NCBI GenBank assembly: GCA_964016885.1
Contig: OZ024742.1
Location: forward strand, 220,472,001-220,536,000
DNA: 64,000 nt
Source: Eledone cirrhosa
Lineage: Eukaryota
Reading direction: 5' to 3'
A program made the translations under genes and the position numbers. The notes under the pieces were generated by a model. That model was not told where the DNA came from, ran no database searches, and saw nothing but the letters and a program-made list of their open reading frames with translations. Below, one piece after another: positions 1 through 12,924 of this stretch; positions within the stretch are counted from its first letter, which is position 1; each line of letters starts with the position of its first letter.

Positions 1-640
1 CATTTTATTAGACGATTCAGCAAAACCTTGGATAAGACTTTCCCTACCGATTCGAGCAGACTTATACCACGATCATCACCACATTCCGACTTGGAGCCTT
101 TGCCTTGTAAATCGAGAGCAAAATTGCATCTACCCAGTCTTACGGGACAAGCTTACCATGTCATACAGATAAGACAAGCCTATGAATGGCTATAACAACA
201 TTGTTTCCTCCAAAGCGAATCAGTTCAACGGGTATTCCATCTAAACATGGGGCTTTCTCTATGTTTATCTCTTTGATAGTTGACATTATCTCATCAATGG
301 TTGGATCATTCATCATCTCTGTTAGAGTCTCTCTTTGTGGCAACCATTAATAATTTCCTCGTCAACTACAGATGGGTTGTCAAACATCTTTAAAGTGTTC
401 AGTCCATTGACTCATAATACCTTCTCGATATTTGATGAAGACGTTCCCATCCTTTCACTTTAATGGGGGCCATTTTAGAGGGTTGTGGACCAAAAACGTG
501 CCTTATTGTGCTGTATGCCTTCGGGTCTCTGCATTTATAAGCCCTCTGCATCACTGCTGAAACTTCAGACCACCAGTTGTTCTTTCGTGTTTTAATTTGC
601 AATTTTGATTTAGCTTCTTTGAATGTCTTCAACATGACAA
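1..640 (-). pseudogene. Decayed RTE-type LINE ORF fragment (linker/pre-RT region)
   Basis: Minus-strand pieces 'NNWWSEVSAVMQRAYK...IRHVFGP' and 'PTIDEIMSTIKEINIEKAPCLDGIPVELIRFGG' resemble the KAPGxDGIPxE motif preceding LINE RTs; frameshifted. Confidence 0.7.
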
Positions 641-947
641 ATAAAGAACCCATAGAACATATAAAGCAGCACACAGACATTACAGAGAAAAATTACTACA
701 CCCCACCAACACCAAGAACATTACCAAAAAATATAAACATTGTTGTAATTAAACTAGAACATTATAAACAATTAAAAGAAAAATTCCCCAACGCAGTTGA
801 AGACTTCAGAGTGTCGGTTACCAAGAAAATATACACGGACATTATCTTGGAGACGCCCATGACCAGACAAAGGGACAGTTCGACTGTCCCTTCCCCACAC
901 GATCAGGGTAGGTGATCCTTTCTCACTTACTCCATTCCTCACCCAAC

Positions 948-1106
948 ATGGCGTTAATTAGAATAGGCACTATAAATGTACATGGCCTGGGGTCATCTTG
1001 GAAGCAGGGTCTCCTGCTTAAAGTTCTCAGGCCACTAAACATAGATGTGGTGGCCATCAGCGAGACCAGAATTCCCGAAGCACGAGACTTTTTCCCAGAT
1101 AAATAA
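948..1106 (+). pseudogene. Truncated N-terminus of an L1/Tx1-like AP endonuclease (ORF2 start)
   Basis: MALIRIGTINVHGL...NIDVVAISET matches the APE motifs (S/T)xNxxG and DxxxxxET. Confidence 0.6.
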
Positions 1107-1465
1107 TAGCATACATTCTGTTCCTGTGAAGAAGTATCTTAAAGATCGCTGTAGTTATGCGATGTAACACAACAATTTTACACGGCATGTTCGAAATGAA
1201 TTATTGACTTGATTTTTTCATTTTTTCCTCTCTTTACGTTGCCTCACCATTCGTGTTTGTTTACATATCTTTCTCTTTCTCCACCCAACTCTTTTTATCC
1301 CAATAACTTATTTTAGTTATTGTATCGCCTTAGCCGGAGGTGTATTGTCTGTAATGTGAAGAAATACCTATGATGGCTAGTAGACAACTGATGATGGATA
1401 TTCTTAACTTCTATTTCTAATTCTTCATTTATTATACTTAATTGCAACAACACAGCTCGCCATTT

Positions 1466-1568
<103 letters not shown>

Positions 1569-1571
1569 AGA

Positions 1572-2313
1572 GTTTAGGATGGTGGTTTGGGCGGAACAAG
1601 AGGAGAAAATGAGAAAGAATCCTTCGTCAGCTGTAATCCGCAATCCAGATGTTTCGGCGCTTATTTACAGGACATCTGTAGCGATCCGCGGTGTGCACGA
1701 GGCCTTTTCTTAATCAAAAGCCCAGGAGGAAAAGAAGAAAAAAAGGAGAGAAAAGGGAAGGAAAAAGAAGGAAAAGAGGAAGAAGAACAAACGGGAAAGG
1801 TGGTGAGGAGAGAGGAAGAAAGAGAAAAAGGAAAAAAGGAGAAAAAAACAGGTGAACAGATCCCATCGTGGGGAGACACAGGACAAAGGAACATGCAAGT
1901 AAGTAACCGTGAAAAAATAGGATAAGTAAGTTATAGCAAACCTGGTAGACATAAACCTGGTAGGATACGCTAACCAGAGGACGGTATTAGCGTGTCGACT
2001 ACATCGTAGAAGAGAGATAGTGAGTGAGAGAGAGAGAGAGAGAGAGAGAGACGAGCAACCGGGAGTGAGAGGGAGAAGGGAAAGGGAGATAATCCAAAAG
2101 GGGTTTTGCGACAGTGGTAAAACGTGTCGTAAAAGATTGCAAACAGAGGAGTTTTTACGCCTGACCTTTTGATTAAGAAAAGGCTTCGGGCGCACCACAG
2201 ATTTCTACAGATGTCCTGTAAATAAGCCCCGAAACATCTGGATCGCGGATTACAGCTGACGAAGGATTCTTTCTCCTTTTCTCCTCTTGTTCCGCCCAAA
2301 CCACCATCCTAAA
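1572..2313. mobile_element. Non-coding element with ~145-bp inverted repeats, flanked by mirrored (TA)n(GA)n tracts; probably PLE-derived
   Basis: ~1572-1720 is the reverse complement of ~2167-2313; purine-rich interior; microsatellites on both sides. Confidence 0.7.
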
Positions 2314-2324
2314 CTCTCTCTCTC

Positions 2325-2413
<89 letters not shown>

Positions 2414-2444
2414 CAAAAAAGAGGATATCTCTGCATTTAATAAT

Positions 2445-2628
2445 TGTTTCTACTTTAGGCACAAGGCCAGCAATTACCCAGTGCATTACTGGTACTTTAT
2501 TTTATCAACCCCGTAAGGATGAAAGGCAAAATCAACCTCGGCGGGATTTGAACTCAGATCGTAAAGGGACGTAACTATGCTGGAAAGCATGGCGTCCGAC
2601 CCTCTACCGATACTGCCAATCCATCGCC
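2445..2628 (-). mobile_element. tRNA-derived SINE, family A
   Basis: Minus strand has A-box-like TGGCAGTATCGG, B-box GAGTTCAAATCC and core GCCTTTCATCCTTACGGGG; TSD CTGCATTTAATAAT at 2431 and 2629; six more copies in the window. Confidence 0.9.
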
Positions 2629-2818
2629 CTGCATTTAATAATGGTACCGGATAACCATAATATGGTCAAGTTCCATATCTATACAAATAATAATAATAAA
2701 AATGGGAAGAAAAATTATTAATTTTTACATACATATTTTGAGAGGAGAGTTCATATCTCTGTCCCTGTTTCTACATATGTACACGCACACATATAAAAAT
2801 AAATAAATAAAGCAACTT

Positions 2819-2986
2819 AAAGGTTGAAGTCGTTCTTTCGGCTTAATGCTTTGATGTTCTCAAAAATATAGTCCCCAGGGGGACGCAACTTCATTTAGTA
2901 CATGGATCTGCCACTGGGAGTCGCGACCGTCACAAAGGGACGCAACTCCTATACGTACTGAGTTACAGCCGTAAGGGGCCGCTACA
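2819..2986 (-). repeat. 5' half of the Gypsy-1 5' LTR, inverted
   Basis: Reverse complement reads TGTAGCGGCCCCTTACGGCTGTAACTCAG..., matching the 3' LTR start at 8611. Confidence 0.9.
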
Positions 2987-4474
2987 AGATAATCCAAGCG
3001 TAAAATCATCAATGTAGATATGGATAGAGTCTAGTGGATTTGAGAATGTGTTAGAAGTGATGAGGCAGCGTGGTAAATGTTTAAGATAAACATTTATTAA
3101 CTCAAGAGGGTTGGTATCTGATGCAGGCAAATTTCCTTCATTGATGTCAGGATCAACATCTTTATGGGCTTCGCGTGTTGAGTTACGTATGGCGAACTAT
3201 AATGTTTAATAATTCGCAACTAGTATAACAGCTCTGTACGGCTCTCATTCAATGGGATGAAAAAGCCTGTAAATGGGTATGCTTGCTCCAAGGAATGGCA
3301 TATTATTAGCATACCACATACATATATACGCATACATGTATGTCCACGTACATATGTGTGTTGGTATGTCAAATACACACATATATGTGTGTATATCCGT
3401 GTGGGGAGCAACACGTGTTGGTTTCTTTTTAATGTTTATTTCTTCTCTCTTTCTAATCCGATTCAAACAAATTATTTGGTAGTGAATTGATGGTCGTTTT
3501 TTTTTTGTCCCCCTTTCTTTTATTTTGTTTCTTTCTCTCGCTCTTCGCGTATATTTAGGTGCGTTATATTTGTGAGGTTCCTATCAATGGTTAATAGCAT
3601 TTATTATTTGTGGTTATGTTTCCATTCTAGGATGTATTCCATCATAACAGCACATTCTGATTCCATGAAACTTGTATTAGACAGTGAATTAATGCCGCGA
3701 ATGTTTGGAACGCAAAAGTATTTGAGTAATGGGTAATCCAAGCGTAAGATCAGAGCTCTCTCTTCTCTACACACTCCAGTCTGGGAGTTGAGACCATCAC
3801 GACATGTGGTAAAAATTATTTCTATTAGTAAAACTATGACACAACACGTACCTGCATTTATTGTCATTCTTAACAATATATATACACTGATACTAACATT
3901 CTAACTTGGTGACACCGAAAAAATATATATATAGGAAGTGGTATTATGTGTATATAAAAAAAAAAGAGAAAAACATTTAATAGAGAAAAACATGCTTCAT
4001 TCTGATCTGGCTGTATTTTACTGATTTCAGCATCTTTATCTGTAACGTTTAACAATCAAACTCCTCATATGTGCAAAGCCAACATTCTATTTATTTACAC
4101 ACAAACACAAAAAAAAAAAGATAACATTATATTGCTGCTAGCTTCACAGCAAAACAACAATTGTATGAATGTTTTTTCTTCTTTTCTCTGGCTAAAACTT
4201 TTGAGGATAACAAGATGGCGGCTTTCTTCTCCATCAATAGTGTTTTGGGCGCGAAATCGTCCGCCATATTGGTTTTAGTTTTAAATTCCCTGCCTATACC
4301 TTATTAATGACATCGCTCGGTTAGTCGCTCCTTTACATGTTGTCTCGGATGCATTCTTTTTCCTGTCCAGTTGTTTGACAGAGAAAAACAAGCGATTTTG
4401 TTTTCCTTTTCTCTTGTGTTGGAGACATTTTTCCAAACGGAGACGATTTTTTGCAGATTACCTACGGTATACCA

Positions 4475-5195
4475 ATGGCATCTCATTCTGTTCTATCTAC
4501 GTACACGGGCAGCGTAAGGTTATGGTTCGCCCAACTCGAAGCATTTTTCGAGGCGAACAGAATCGACGAGGCACAACAACGTCCTCTAGTCCTTAGTGCA
4601 ATTCCGCCGGCACTTATCCCAGCGATTAAGGACCTGGTGTTAGAGACCCCCACCGACGCGACGTACAAGTCTCTGAAGGCTGAAATACTCAGCTGGACAG
4701 CACAGTCCGCAGAAAAAATATTTAGGGCTCTGGTCCATCTGGAACATATCGATAATGGCACCCCATCGAACCTCCTAAGGCGAATGAAGGGCCTAACGGA
4801 GGGGTCGGTAGCGGAAACTGCCATGTTAAAGCAGTTGTTCTTCTTGCGCCTACCGACCAACGTACAGGCAATTTTGGTCCCCATTAGGGATACTTGCACA
4901 ATGGATCAGCTTGCCGCCTCCGCGGACACAGTTTTTGAAGTCACGGGTGCTGGAGGCAGCGAAGCCCTTGCCGCTGTTTCCCAGCCAGCTCACCCTGGAG
5001 CTCCAGAAGATGAAGGTCTGGTGTGGTGCCCGTTCGCGCCCGCGCAGCCGCGAGAGATCTCAATCTTTTAGACGCCGCTCCAGGTCACCAGCTTCATTTT
5101 TATGCTGGTACCATGAGCGATTTGCCGAGAGCGCGAACCACTGCGTGCAACCTTGCTCGTTTCATAAGGCGGGAAACGCCAAAGAGGTCCACTGA
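4475..5195 (+). pseudogene. gag: Gypsy-1 gag (frameshifted)
   Basis: LWFAQLEAFFEA motif, 'MLKQLFFLRLPTNVQAIL', and the CWYHERFAESANHCVQPC zinc-knuckle-like motif. Confidence 0.9.
5171..5177 (+). promoter_or_regulatory. -1 ribosomal frameshift slippery heptamer G_GGA_AAC (gag-pol)
   Basis: X_XXY_YYZ in the gag frame (...GCG GGA AAC) shortly before the gag stop. Confidence 0.65.
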
Positions 5196-5199
5196 TGGG

Positions 5200-8100
5200 G
5201 GCAGTTGACCTCAACATAAAGCCACCAAACCGCCATTTCTTCATTAAGGACCTTATGTCGGGAAGAGGTTTCCTGTAGTATTTGGCCGGTCCATTGCCTG
5301 AAAGATACCCCCATGGAGTCATCCGTTACTCTGCAGGCCGTTAATCACTCGTATATAAAGACGTACGGACAAATCTCGCTTCCTCAAAAATTCCTAAATC
5401 TTTGTAGGGATTTTAAGTGGATTTTTACGGTTGCCGATTTGCCATACCCTATCTTAGGAGCGGATTTCCTCCACAACTTCTCTTTGTCTGTGGACGTCCG
5501 TGGCCAACGCCTGGTGGATGACATCACCGGTTTTTCAATTCGTGGCCAGGAAGCCAATGTTCCAACAGTCAGCCCCATATTCTTCATCGCTGCCACTGGA
5601 GACGCCTACCATTCGTTGTTAGGTTCTTTCCCGGAGCTCACCGATGGAAATTTTTGAGTCACTGAGCCAACACACTCAACTGAACATTTCATTTCCACCC
5701 CCGGTGCTCCAGTGTTTTCGCGTCCACGCCGCTTACCGGCGGACAAATTAAAGGCAGCACGGTCCGAGTTCGACCATATGCTGCAGCTGGGCATTTTTCG
5801 CCCATCTACGAGTCCTTGGGCTTCGCCGTTACACATGGTGCCCAAGACTTCCGGCGACTGGAGACCCACCGGGGATTATAGGAGGTTAAATGCTATGACC
5901 GTCCCGGATAGGTATCCCATCCCCCATCTCCAGGATTTCGCATCGTCATTGCAGGGGTGTAAGATTTTCTCAAAACTAGATTTAGTGCGAGCCTACCACT
6001 AAATCCTGGTCAAGAAGGAGGATATCCCGAAAACGGCGATCACAACTCCTTTCGGATCCTTCGAATTTTTTACCATGCCTTTCGGACTCAGGAACGCCGC
6101 TAGCACTTTTCAGCGATTCATAGACGAAGTCACTCGTGGTCTGGACTTCGTTTATGCATACATAGACGATCTTCTCGTCGCTAGTTCCTCTCTGGAAGAG
6201 CATATGTGCCACATGCATCTCTTATTTCGGCGACTTCAGGATTACCGCGTTCGTGTGAATCCCGCAAAGTGTGTTTTCGGTTCCACTTCGCTAAATTTTT
6301 TAGGTACCTCATCGACGCCGAAGGTATTAGGCCGCTCCCTCAGCGAGTTCAAGCCATACAGGATTTACCTCCGCCTACTACACTTCACCAGTTGCGTCAC
6401 TTCTTAGGCCTAATCAATTTCTATAGGCGTTTCGTTCCTCATTGTACTAATTTGCTATCTTCCCTTACTGACATTTTGAAAAATCGTCGAAAGAAGAATG
6501 AGGATATTTCCTTGACACAAGGACAGCTTAAAGACTTCCAGACTGCCAAGACAGCACTCGCTAGTTCATCTTTGCTAGCCCACCCGGTACCAGAGGCCAA
6601 GCTTTCGCTTTGTGTTGATGCATCTGATACCGCTGTGGGAGCAGTTTTACAGCAGTCCTCCGCTGAAAACCAACAACCTTTGGCATTTTTCTCAAGGAAG
6701 CTGAAACCAGCAGAAACGCGTTACAGCACGTTTGGGCGGGAATTATTAGCCATATATCTGTCGGTAAAACATTCCTCTCATATTCTTGAGGGGAGAAATT
6801 TTACTGTTTTAACTGATCACAAATCTCTGACCTTCGCTTTGAGGGCTAAAGCCGACAGATATTCGCCCAGAGAGACAAGGCACCTGGATTACGTTTCACA
6901 ATTTACAAATGATATCCAGCACATTGCTGACTCTCTTAACATATCTGCAGACGCATTGTCACGTTTGCCAATCAGCTCCATCTCGTAATCCCAGGAGATC
7001 GACTTAAGTCGTTTAGCTGCAGACCAACCTGCACTCCAATACTCTTGGATACTCTTTCTGCCGAGTTTGCGACTTTCATCTTCAAATATCTGCCCTTGTC
7101 GACCACCGACAGGCAGATTCTATGTGATGTATCTGCGGATTCACCACGACCATATGTTCCTGAGACTCACCGTCGACTTGTGTTCTTTGCTTTGCACAGC
7201 ATTTTTTACCCAGGAATTTCTGCCACAGTAAAGCTTATAACGGCTAGATTTTTCTGGCCCAATATGAGGCGAGAAATTACTGTCTGGTGCCGTTCCTGCA
7301 CACAGTGTCAGAGATCTAAAGTCCACAGACACATCCGGACTCCACTTGGTACTTTCAGTACTCCAGATGCTCGGTTTCAACACATGCACATTGATATCGT
7401 TGGACCTTGGCCATTCAGTAGTGGATATTCGTACCTCTTGACCTGTATCGATCGTTTTTCGCGATGGCCTGAAGCCACCCCCTTAAAAGATATTACTGCT
7501 GAGACTGTAGCGCATGCCCTGGTATCAGGGTGGATTACCCGCTTTGGGGTACCAACTACAGTCACCACAGACCGCGGTAGACAATTTGAGTCTCATCTTT
7601 TCTCTGAGCTGACAAAGATCATTGGTGCTCAACGGATTCGGACCACAGCTTATCATCCTGCTTCAAACGGAATGGTGGAACGATTCCACCGCCAATTAAA
7701 GGTCGCTTTTTGCGCCTATCCAGACTCAACGTTGGAGCGAGTACCTTCCTATTGTGTTGTTAGGAATTCGGTCATCAATAAAGGAGGACCTTGGGTTCTT
7801 CCCGGCCGAATTACTGTATGGTGCTCCTCTAGCGTTGCCTGGGCAAATACTTTCCCCTGTTGATCTTGCTTTTCAGGACCCTGTTTCCTACGTATCTCGT
7901 TTGCGCTCCTATTTTCAGGACTACCGCCCATGAATACTAGGAAACAAACTATTAAAGCTGCAGTCCCGAGGGATATTGCTTCGTGGACCCATGTATTCGT
8001 CAGGAACGACGCCGTTACTCCACCTCTCAAACAACCGTACTCTGGACCCTACCGTGTGTTAACACGTACTGACAAACATTTCACAGTAGACATTAAGGGG

Positions 8101-8300
8101 TCCAGAGAGACAATTTCGGTGGATAGACAAAAAAGAGCATACAATGACGCTCATACACCCGAGCCACAAATACCCCAATCTTTCTCTCTTGTGCATACAC
8201 CTGCTCCTTCTTCCCCACCTTCACCTACATACTAGACCATGACCCGTTCCGGTCGAAGAGTCCACTGGCCCAAAAAACACTGCCAAACTGTTTTCATGTG
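5200..8300 (+). pseudogene. pol: Gypsy-1 pol (PR-RT-RNaseH-IN) with stops and frameshifts
   Basis: ILGADFL; [12 protein letters not shown]; MPFGLRNAASTFQRF; YIDD; VDASD...YSTFGRELLAI...TDHK; HIDIVGP...IDRFSRW...TDRGRQFES; GPY. Confidence 0.95.
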
Positions 8301-8350
8301 AACTGGCCACTGGAGCCTTTTTTTGTTTTTCTCTTTATTGTATTACTATG

Positions 8351-8537
8351 TATACATGTACCTTTTCGTTACTATTTCATGCCTGATTTATACATGTACC
8401 TTTTCGTTACTATTTCATGCCTGATTTATACATGTACCTTTTCGTTACTATTTCATGCCTGATTTATACATGTACCTTTTCGTTACTATTTCATGCCTGA
8501 TTTATACATGTACCTTTGCGTTAATATTTCATGCCTG
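8351..8537 (+). repeat. 38-bp tandem repeat (~5 copies) in the Gypsy-1 3' UTR
   Basis: Unit TATACATGTACCTTTTCGTTACTATTTCATGCCTGATT. Confidence 0.9.
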
Positions 8538-8610
8538 TGCTGGGCGCCCATGCTTGTGGGTTCGCTACAGTTACCTTCGGGATTTTCGCCTATCGTCTGG
8601 AGGAGGGTAC

Positions 8611-8959
8611 TGTAGCGGCCCCTTACGGCTGTAACTCAGCACGTATAGGAGTTGCGTCTCGACTCCCAGTGGCAGATCCATGTACTAAATGGAGTTGCGT
8701 CCCCCTGGGGACTATATATTTGAGAACATCAAGGCATTAAGTCTCACTTCCTACACCGGCAGCCGAAAGAACGACTTCAACCTTCAAGAGACGATTCCTG
8801 CTTTCTCTCTCTCTCTCTCTTCTCTACACACTCCAGTCTGGGAGTTGAGACCATCACATGTGGTAAAAATTATTTCTATTAGTAAAATTATGACACAACA
8901 CGTACCTGCATTTATTGTCATTCTTAATAATATATATACACTGATACTAACATTCTAAA
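8611..8959 (+). repeat. Gypsy-1 3' LTR
   Basis: Begins TGTAG right after the PPT; its two halves match 2819-2986 (reverse complement) and 3755-3905. Confidence 0.9.
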
Positions 8960-9844
8960 ATCTGATTACCCAATAGTCAAACATTCGCAACATTAACTCA
9001 CAGTTTAATCCATGATGCTGGGCAGCAGTATGTGCTGTTATGATGGAATACATCCTAGAATGGAAATATAACCTCAAATAATAAATGCTAGGAACCTCAC
9101 AAATTTAACGCACCGAAACATACGAGGAGAGCGAGAGAAATAAATAAAAACAAATGGAAACATAAAACAAAACAAAAGAAAACCGACCACTAATTCACTG
9201 CCAAATAATTTGAATCGGATTAGACAGAGAGAAAGAAAAGACCCCCCCCCCCCCCAAAAAAAATAGAGAATATATTTATTTGCCGTTGTGCTGCCAAATG
9301 ATGCCGAAAGCCACTGACCCGCATCTCCGGCTAAGAAGGCGACAGCAACAGGATAATAACATCTACCCCGCATCTTCGGTAAAAGAAGGCACTCGATCCT
9401 CAGCATACTGCCTGGCAGCCCGACCTGATAGCAGTTTCATCTCCACCACCATTAACAAGAGGAAGGCAACGACAACTGAAATTAACATCAACAACACACA
9501 TGTGTATACATCAACATCTCACCAGCAATCTTCACCATTAACAAGAGGAAGGCAACGACGACAACAGTGACATTAACAACAACAACTCTACCATTAACAA
9601 GAGGAAGCCAACCCCAGCATCACTGACTCATCTCCAGCCACAAGGTCCTATGACAAACTGCTAAGTTGCTCGCATGTGTGCGTGCTGAACTCTGGGTCTT
9701 TCCGCTGGGAACAACCCCCTTTTTTGTGTACATTCATCCATTCACTCATTCATTTACTAACATTCTACCTTCCTGTGTGTCCCCCTCCATGCAGCCCCTT
9801 CTTTTCTCTCTTTTTTTCTGACACCTTTATATATATAGGTGAGC

Positions 9845-12800
9845 TATGAGGCCCTCTTACCAGCACTTTCCCACCCCTGATGCCGCTCGGTGCCCCAGTC
9901 CCCGGCTCCATCCTCCATCCCTCCAAGCCGACACCTGCAGCACCACTAACAAACGGAAGAGGGGCCGGAATTGTTTGGGGTGCGGCTGCTTCCACCACCT
10001 CACCTGCGTTGGCTTGACTCTTCGAGCTTCCAATGCCCTCGCAGCGTGGAGGTGCAGGAGCTGCCTCTTCCCCCACGTCTTCCCAGCCACGGCCGTCTGG
10101 CACACCACCAGCTGGGACAGCGAGCTTGCCTGGCGCCCAAGTCTCGCTGGTCAACATCGCTCGGCTCAGACGGCTCCGGAAGATTCCACTCAGGATCCCG
10201 AGAGCAGCACGGGTGCCGGTAGCCGATGCCCTCGCTTCCTCGATTGAGAGCGCCCTGGACTCCAATCGAGCCAGTGACTGGGAGCGGCTGTTTTATTTCG
10301 CCCCACTCGCTCTCGGCCTCCTAGCTCTGGCGCTGACCGGGGCGGCCGGTCAACAGCAGCCTTCGTCAAGGCCAATGTCTCGTCCTTTGGGCGAGCGCCC
10401 ATTCCAAGCGTGCCCAGGGACTCCACACACCCCAGGTACCCCCTATCCTCCACCTCCGAGGCCAGCGCCAAGCGTTTGCGTGACCAGGTAAACGCCAAGC
10501 TTATCATGGGTGATGTCTCAGCCGCAGTCAGAGTTGTTGCCTCAGAGGACACTGTTCTCCAACCTACCGAGGAGGTCCTGGCTGCTCTGCGACTCAAACA
10601 CCCTGAGCCACCCACTGATCTCAGACCTATACCCCCACCCGACACCCACTTGCTCCTTGTGGCTTCTGATGCAGACATCATGGCCGCCATCAGGTCCTTC
10701 CTAGCTAGCAGCTGCGGATGTGCTGATGGTCTCCGACCTGGCCACCTCAAGGAGTTGATATCCCCCCTCTCCGCTGAGGCCGGGCGCCGCCAACTGAGTA
10801 CAATTGTGGCGCTCACCAATAGGCTCATCCATGGCGCCCTGGACCCTTACGCCCGAGGCCTCTTTTTTTTTCGGCCAGCCTCACCGCTCTCAAGAAGAAA
10901 GAGGGGGAAATGTCTTCCGGAGGCTGGCTGCCAAGGTGATCTGCAAGTCCGTAACACACGAACTGGGTGAGGAGTTTAGTTCGGTGCAACTGGTGTCGAC
11001 GTGTCCGGTGGCTGTGAGGGGGCCGCTCATGCAATCAGGCAGTTTTTCAACAGCTGCCCATCGGAACTGGCATCCAGGGACTCCAGGCACCTCATTGTCA
11101 AGCTAGACATGAGGAATGCTTTTAACTCTTTACGCCGGATCATCTGCTTGAGGCCTGCCTCAGCCGAGCACCCTCTGCCTACTCGTCGTATGGAGCCCCG
11201 AGCATGCTCCTTGCTGCTGATACGGTCATACCCTCGGCTACTGGGGTCCAACAAGGCGACCCTTTGGACCCCTCCTGTTCGCCCTTGGTATTGACCACAT
11301 CGTCCAGAGTATCACGCCCCCTCTCAACGTTTGGTATCTGGATGATGCTACGTTAGGCGGGCCAGTACGGACGGTCTGCCATGACCTTCAATCGGTGGTT
11401 CCTGCCCTGGCGGGAATCGGCCTCCAGGTCAACTCGGCCAAGTCGGAGGTGGTGAATGTCAGCCTCGATGCTGCGACCTTTGCAGCCTCCGTCTTGGACG
11501 TGCGGTCCATTCTCCGCCAGGTTTAGGTGACCCCCAAAGAGGATGCCCTCGTCCTCGGGTCACCGATCCACCCGCAGGTCCAGGCTTCAACAGCTCCAGA
11601 CTCTCACGAGCCGACTGGGCTTGATTGACGGCCACCCAGCTCTCTTTCTGCTGAGGAACTGCTTCGCCATGCCGAAGCTCCTCTATAAACTCCGCAACGC
11701 TCCGTGCTACACCCAGACATCTCTCCTCGCTGACCTCGATACTTGTATCCGAGCAGCAGCCGAGGAGATATGCAACGTCAGGTTTGACGACATAGGGTGG
11801 CAACAGGCCACTTTACCTGTCAGGTATGGCGGCCTTGGCCTCCGGTCCCCGATCTCACTAGCTTTGCCGGCGTATCTTTCGTCGGTAACCTCGTGCTGCG
11901 TCCTCGTCAGCAGGGTTCTTCAAAACAACAAAACCCTATGTGTTCAGAGAACGTGAGGCCACCTGTGAGACGTGGGACCGGCTGGGACTTAACCCAGTAG
12001 ACGTCCCTCCTCCTTCTCCCCTTGTTGACGTCAAGTCCCCCAACGCACTTGGGATTCCATCCAGTGCAGCCTAGCCTCACGCAGGCTCACGCGCCAGCTC
12101 GACCAGCACCGCCTTGCTTGTTTTCGTGCGGCCTCCAAACCCCATAGTGGTGCCTGGCTCCGTGCTCTGCCCTCCTTCTCCACTGGTACGCAGCTAGACA
12201 ACCATAGCCTGCGCATCAGCGTTTCCTTGAGGCTCGGCCTCCGGATCTGCCAGCCACACCAATGTCGCTGCGGTTCCACCGTGTACTCTTTCGGCCTCCA
12301 CCCGCTTTCCTGTCGCCAGAGTGCCGGCCGCATTCCACGCCATGCTGCCCTCAACGAAGTCATTAAGCATGGCTTGGACACTGCAGGCTTCCCTTTCCAG
12401 CTCCAGCCGGTGGGGCTGGATCGAGGGGACGGCAAAAGGCCAGATGGCATGACCATCTTCCCGTTCCGCGGTGGCAAACCCCTCGTCTGGGATTCCACTT
12501 GCACCGACACTTTCTGCAGCCGCAACCTGGTGCAGTCTGCGACTGACCCAGGTTCTGCTGCACGTCGGGATGAGGGGGCCAAACTCCTCAAATACCGGTC
12601 GCTCTCCGACAGGTTTGCGGTCGTACCCCTGGCAGTGGAGACTTCTGGTGTCCTTGGCCCCAGGGCTACCTCCTTACTCACCACCATAGGCGCTGAGCTG
12701 GCCAGCCGCAGGTGTGAGCCCCGCGAGTTGGAGTGGCTTTTCCAGCGCGTCTCCCTTGCCGTAATCCGGAGAAACGCCTTCTCCATTCTGTCCACCGGGG

Positions 12801-12924
12801 CTGTGGGTGGGCCCAATCGCGTACCGTTGTAGTTGTTGTAGAAGAAACAGGAAGACAACAACTGGAAAGTTTGATTTTCTACTTTATCATTTACTTCTGC
12901 ACTGAAATATATATACATACGGAA
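9845..12924 (+). mobile_element. CRE-clade non-LTR retrotransposon 1 (RT + CCHC + restriction-like endonuclease), frameshifted
   Basis: GLRPGHLKEL; KLDMRNAFNS; GVQQGDPL and WYLDD read from DNA at 11263-11346; CRCG...HPLSC; RHAALN; KRPDG; LVWDSTC; PLAVETSG; candidate 10-bp TSD ATAGGTGAGC at 9835 and 12925. Confidence 0.85.

Larger units (their letters stand above)
3755..8959 (+). mobile_element. Gypsy (Ty3) LTR retrotransposon 1, decayed
   Basis: Partial 5' LTR 3755-3905; PBS-like TGGTGACACCG at 3907; gag, protease remnant, RT (YIDD), RNase H and integrase; PPT GGAGGAGGG before the 3' LTR 8611-8959. Confidence 0.95.

Noticed and set aside
1389-1430. Isolated CTGATGA boxes (also ~29620, ~33999, ~57943) as hammerheads or snoRNA boxes
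   Set aside because: No stem II followed by GAAA and no matching partner box or terminal stem
2445-2628. tRNA gene
   Set aside because: A/B boxes belong to a multicopy SINE with TSDs; no cloverleaf
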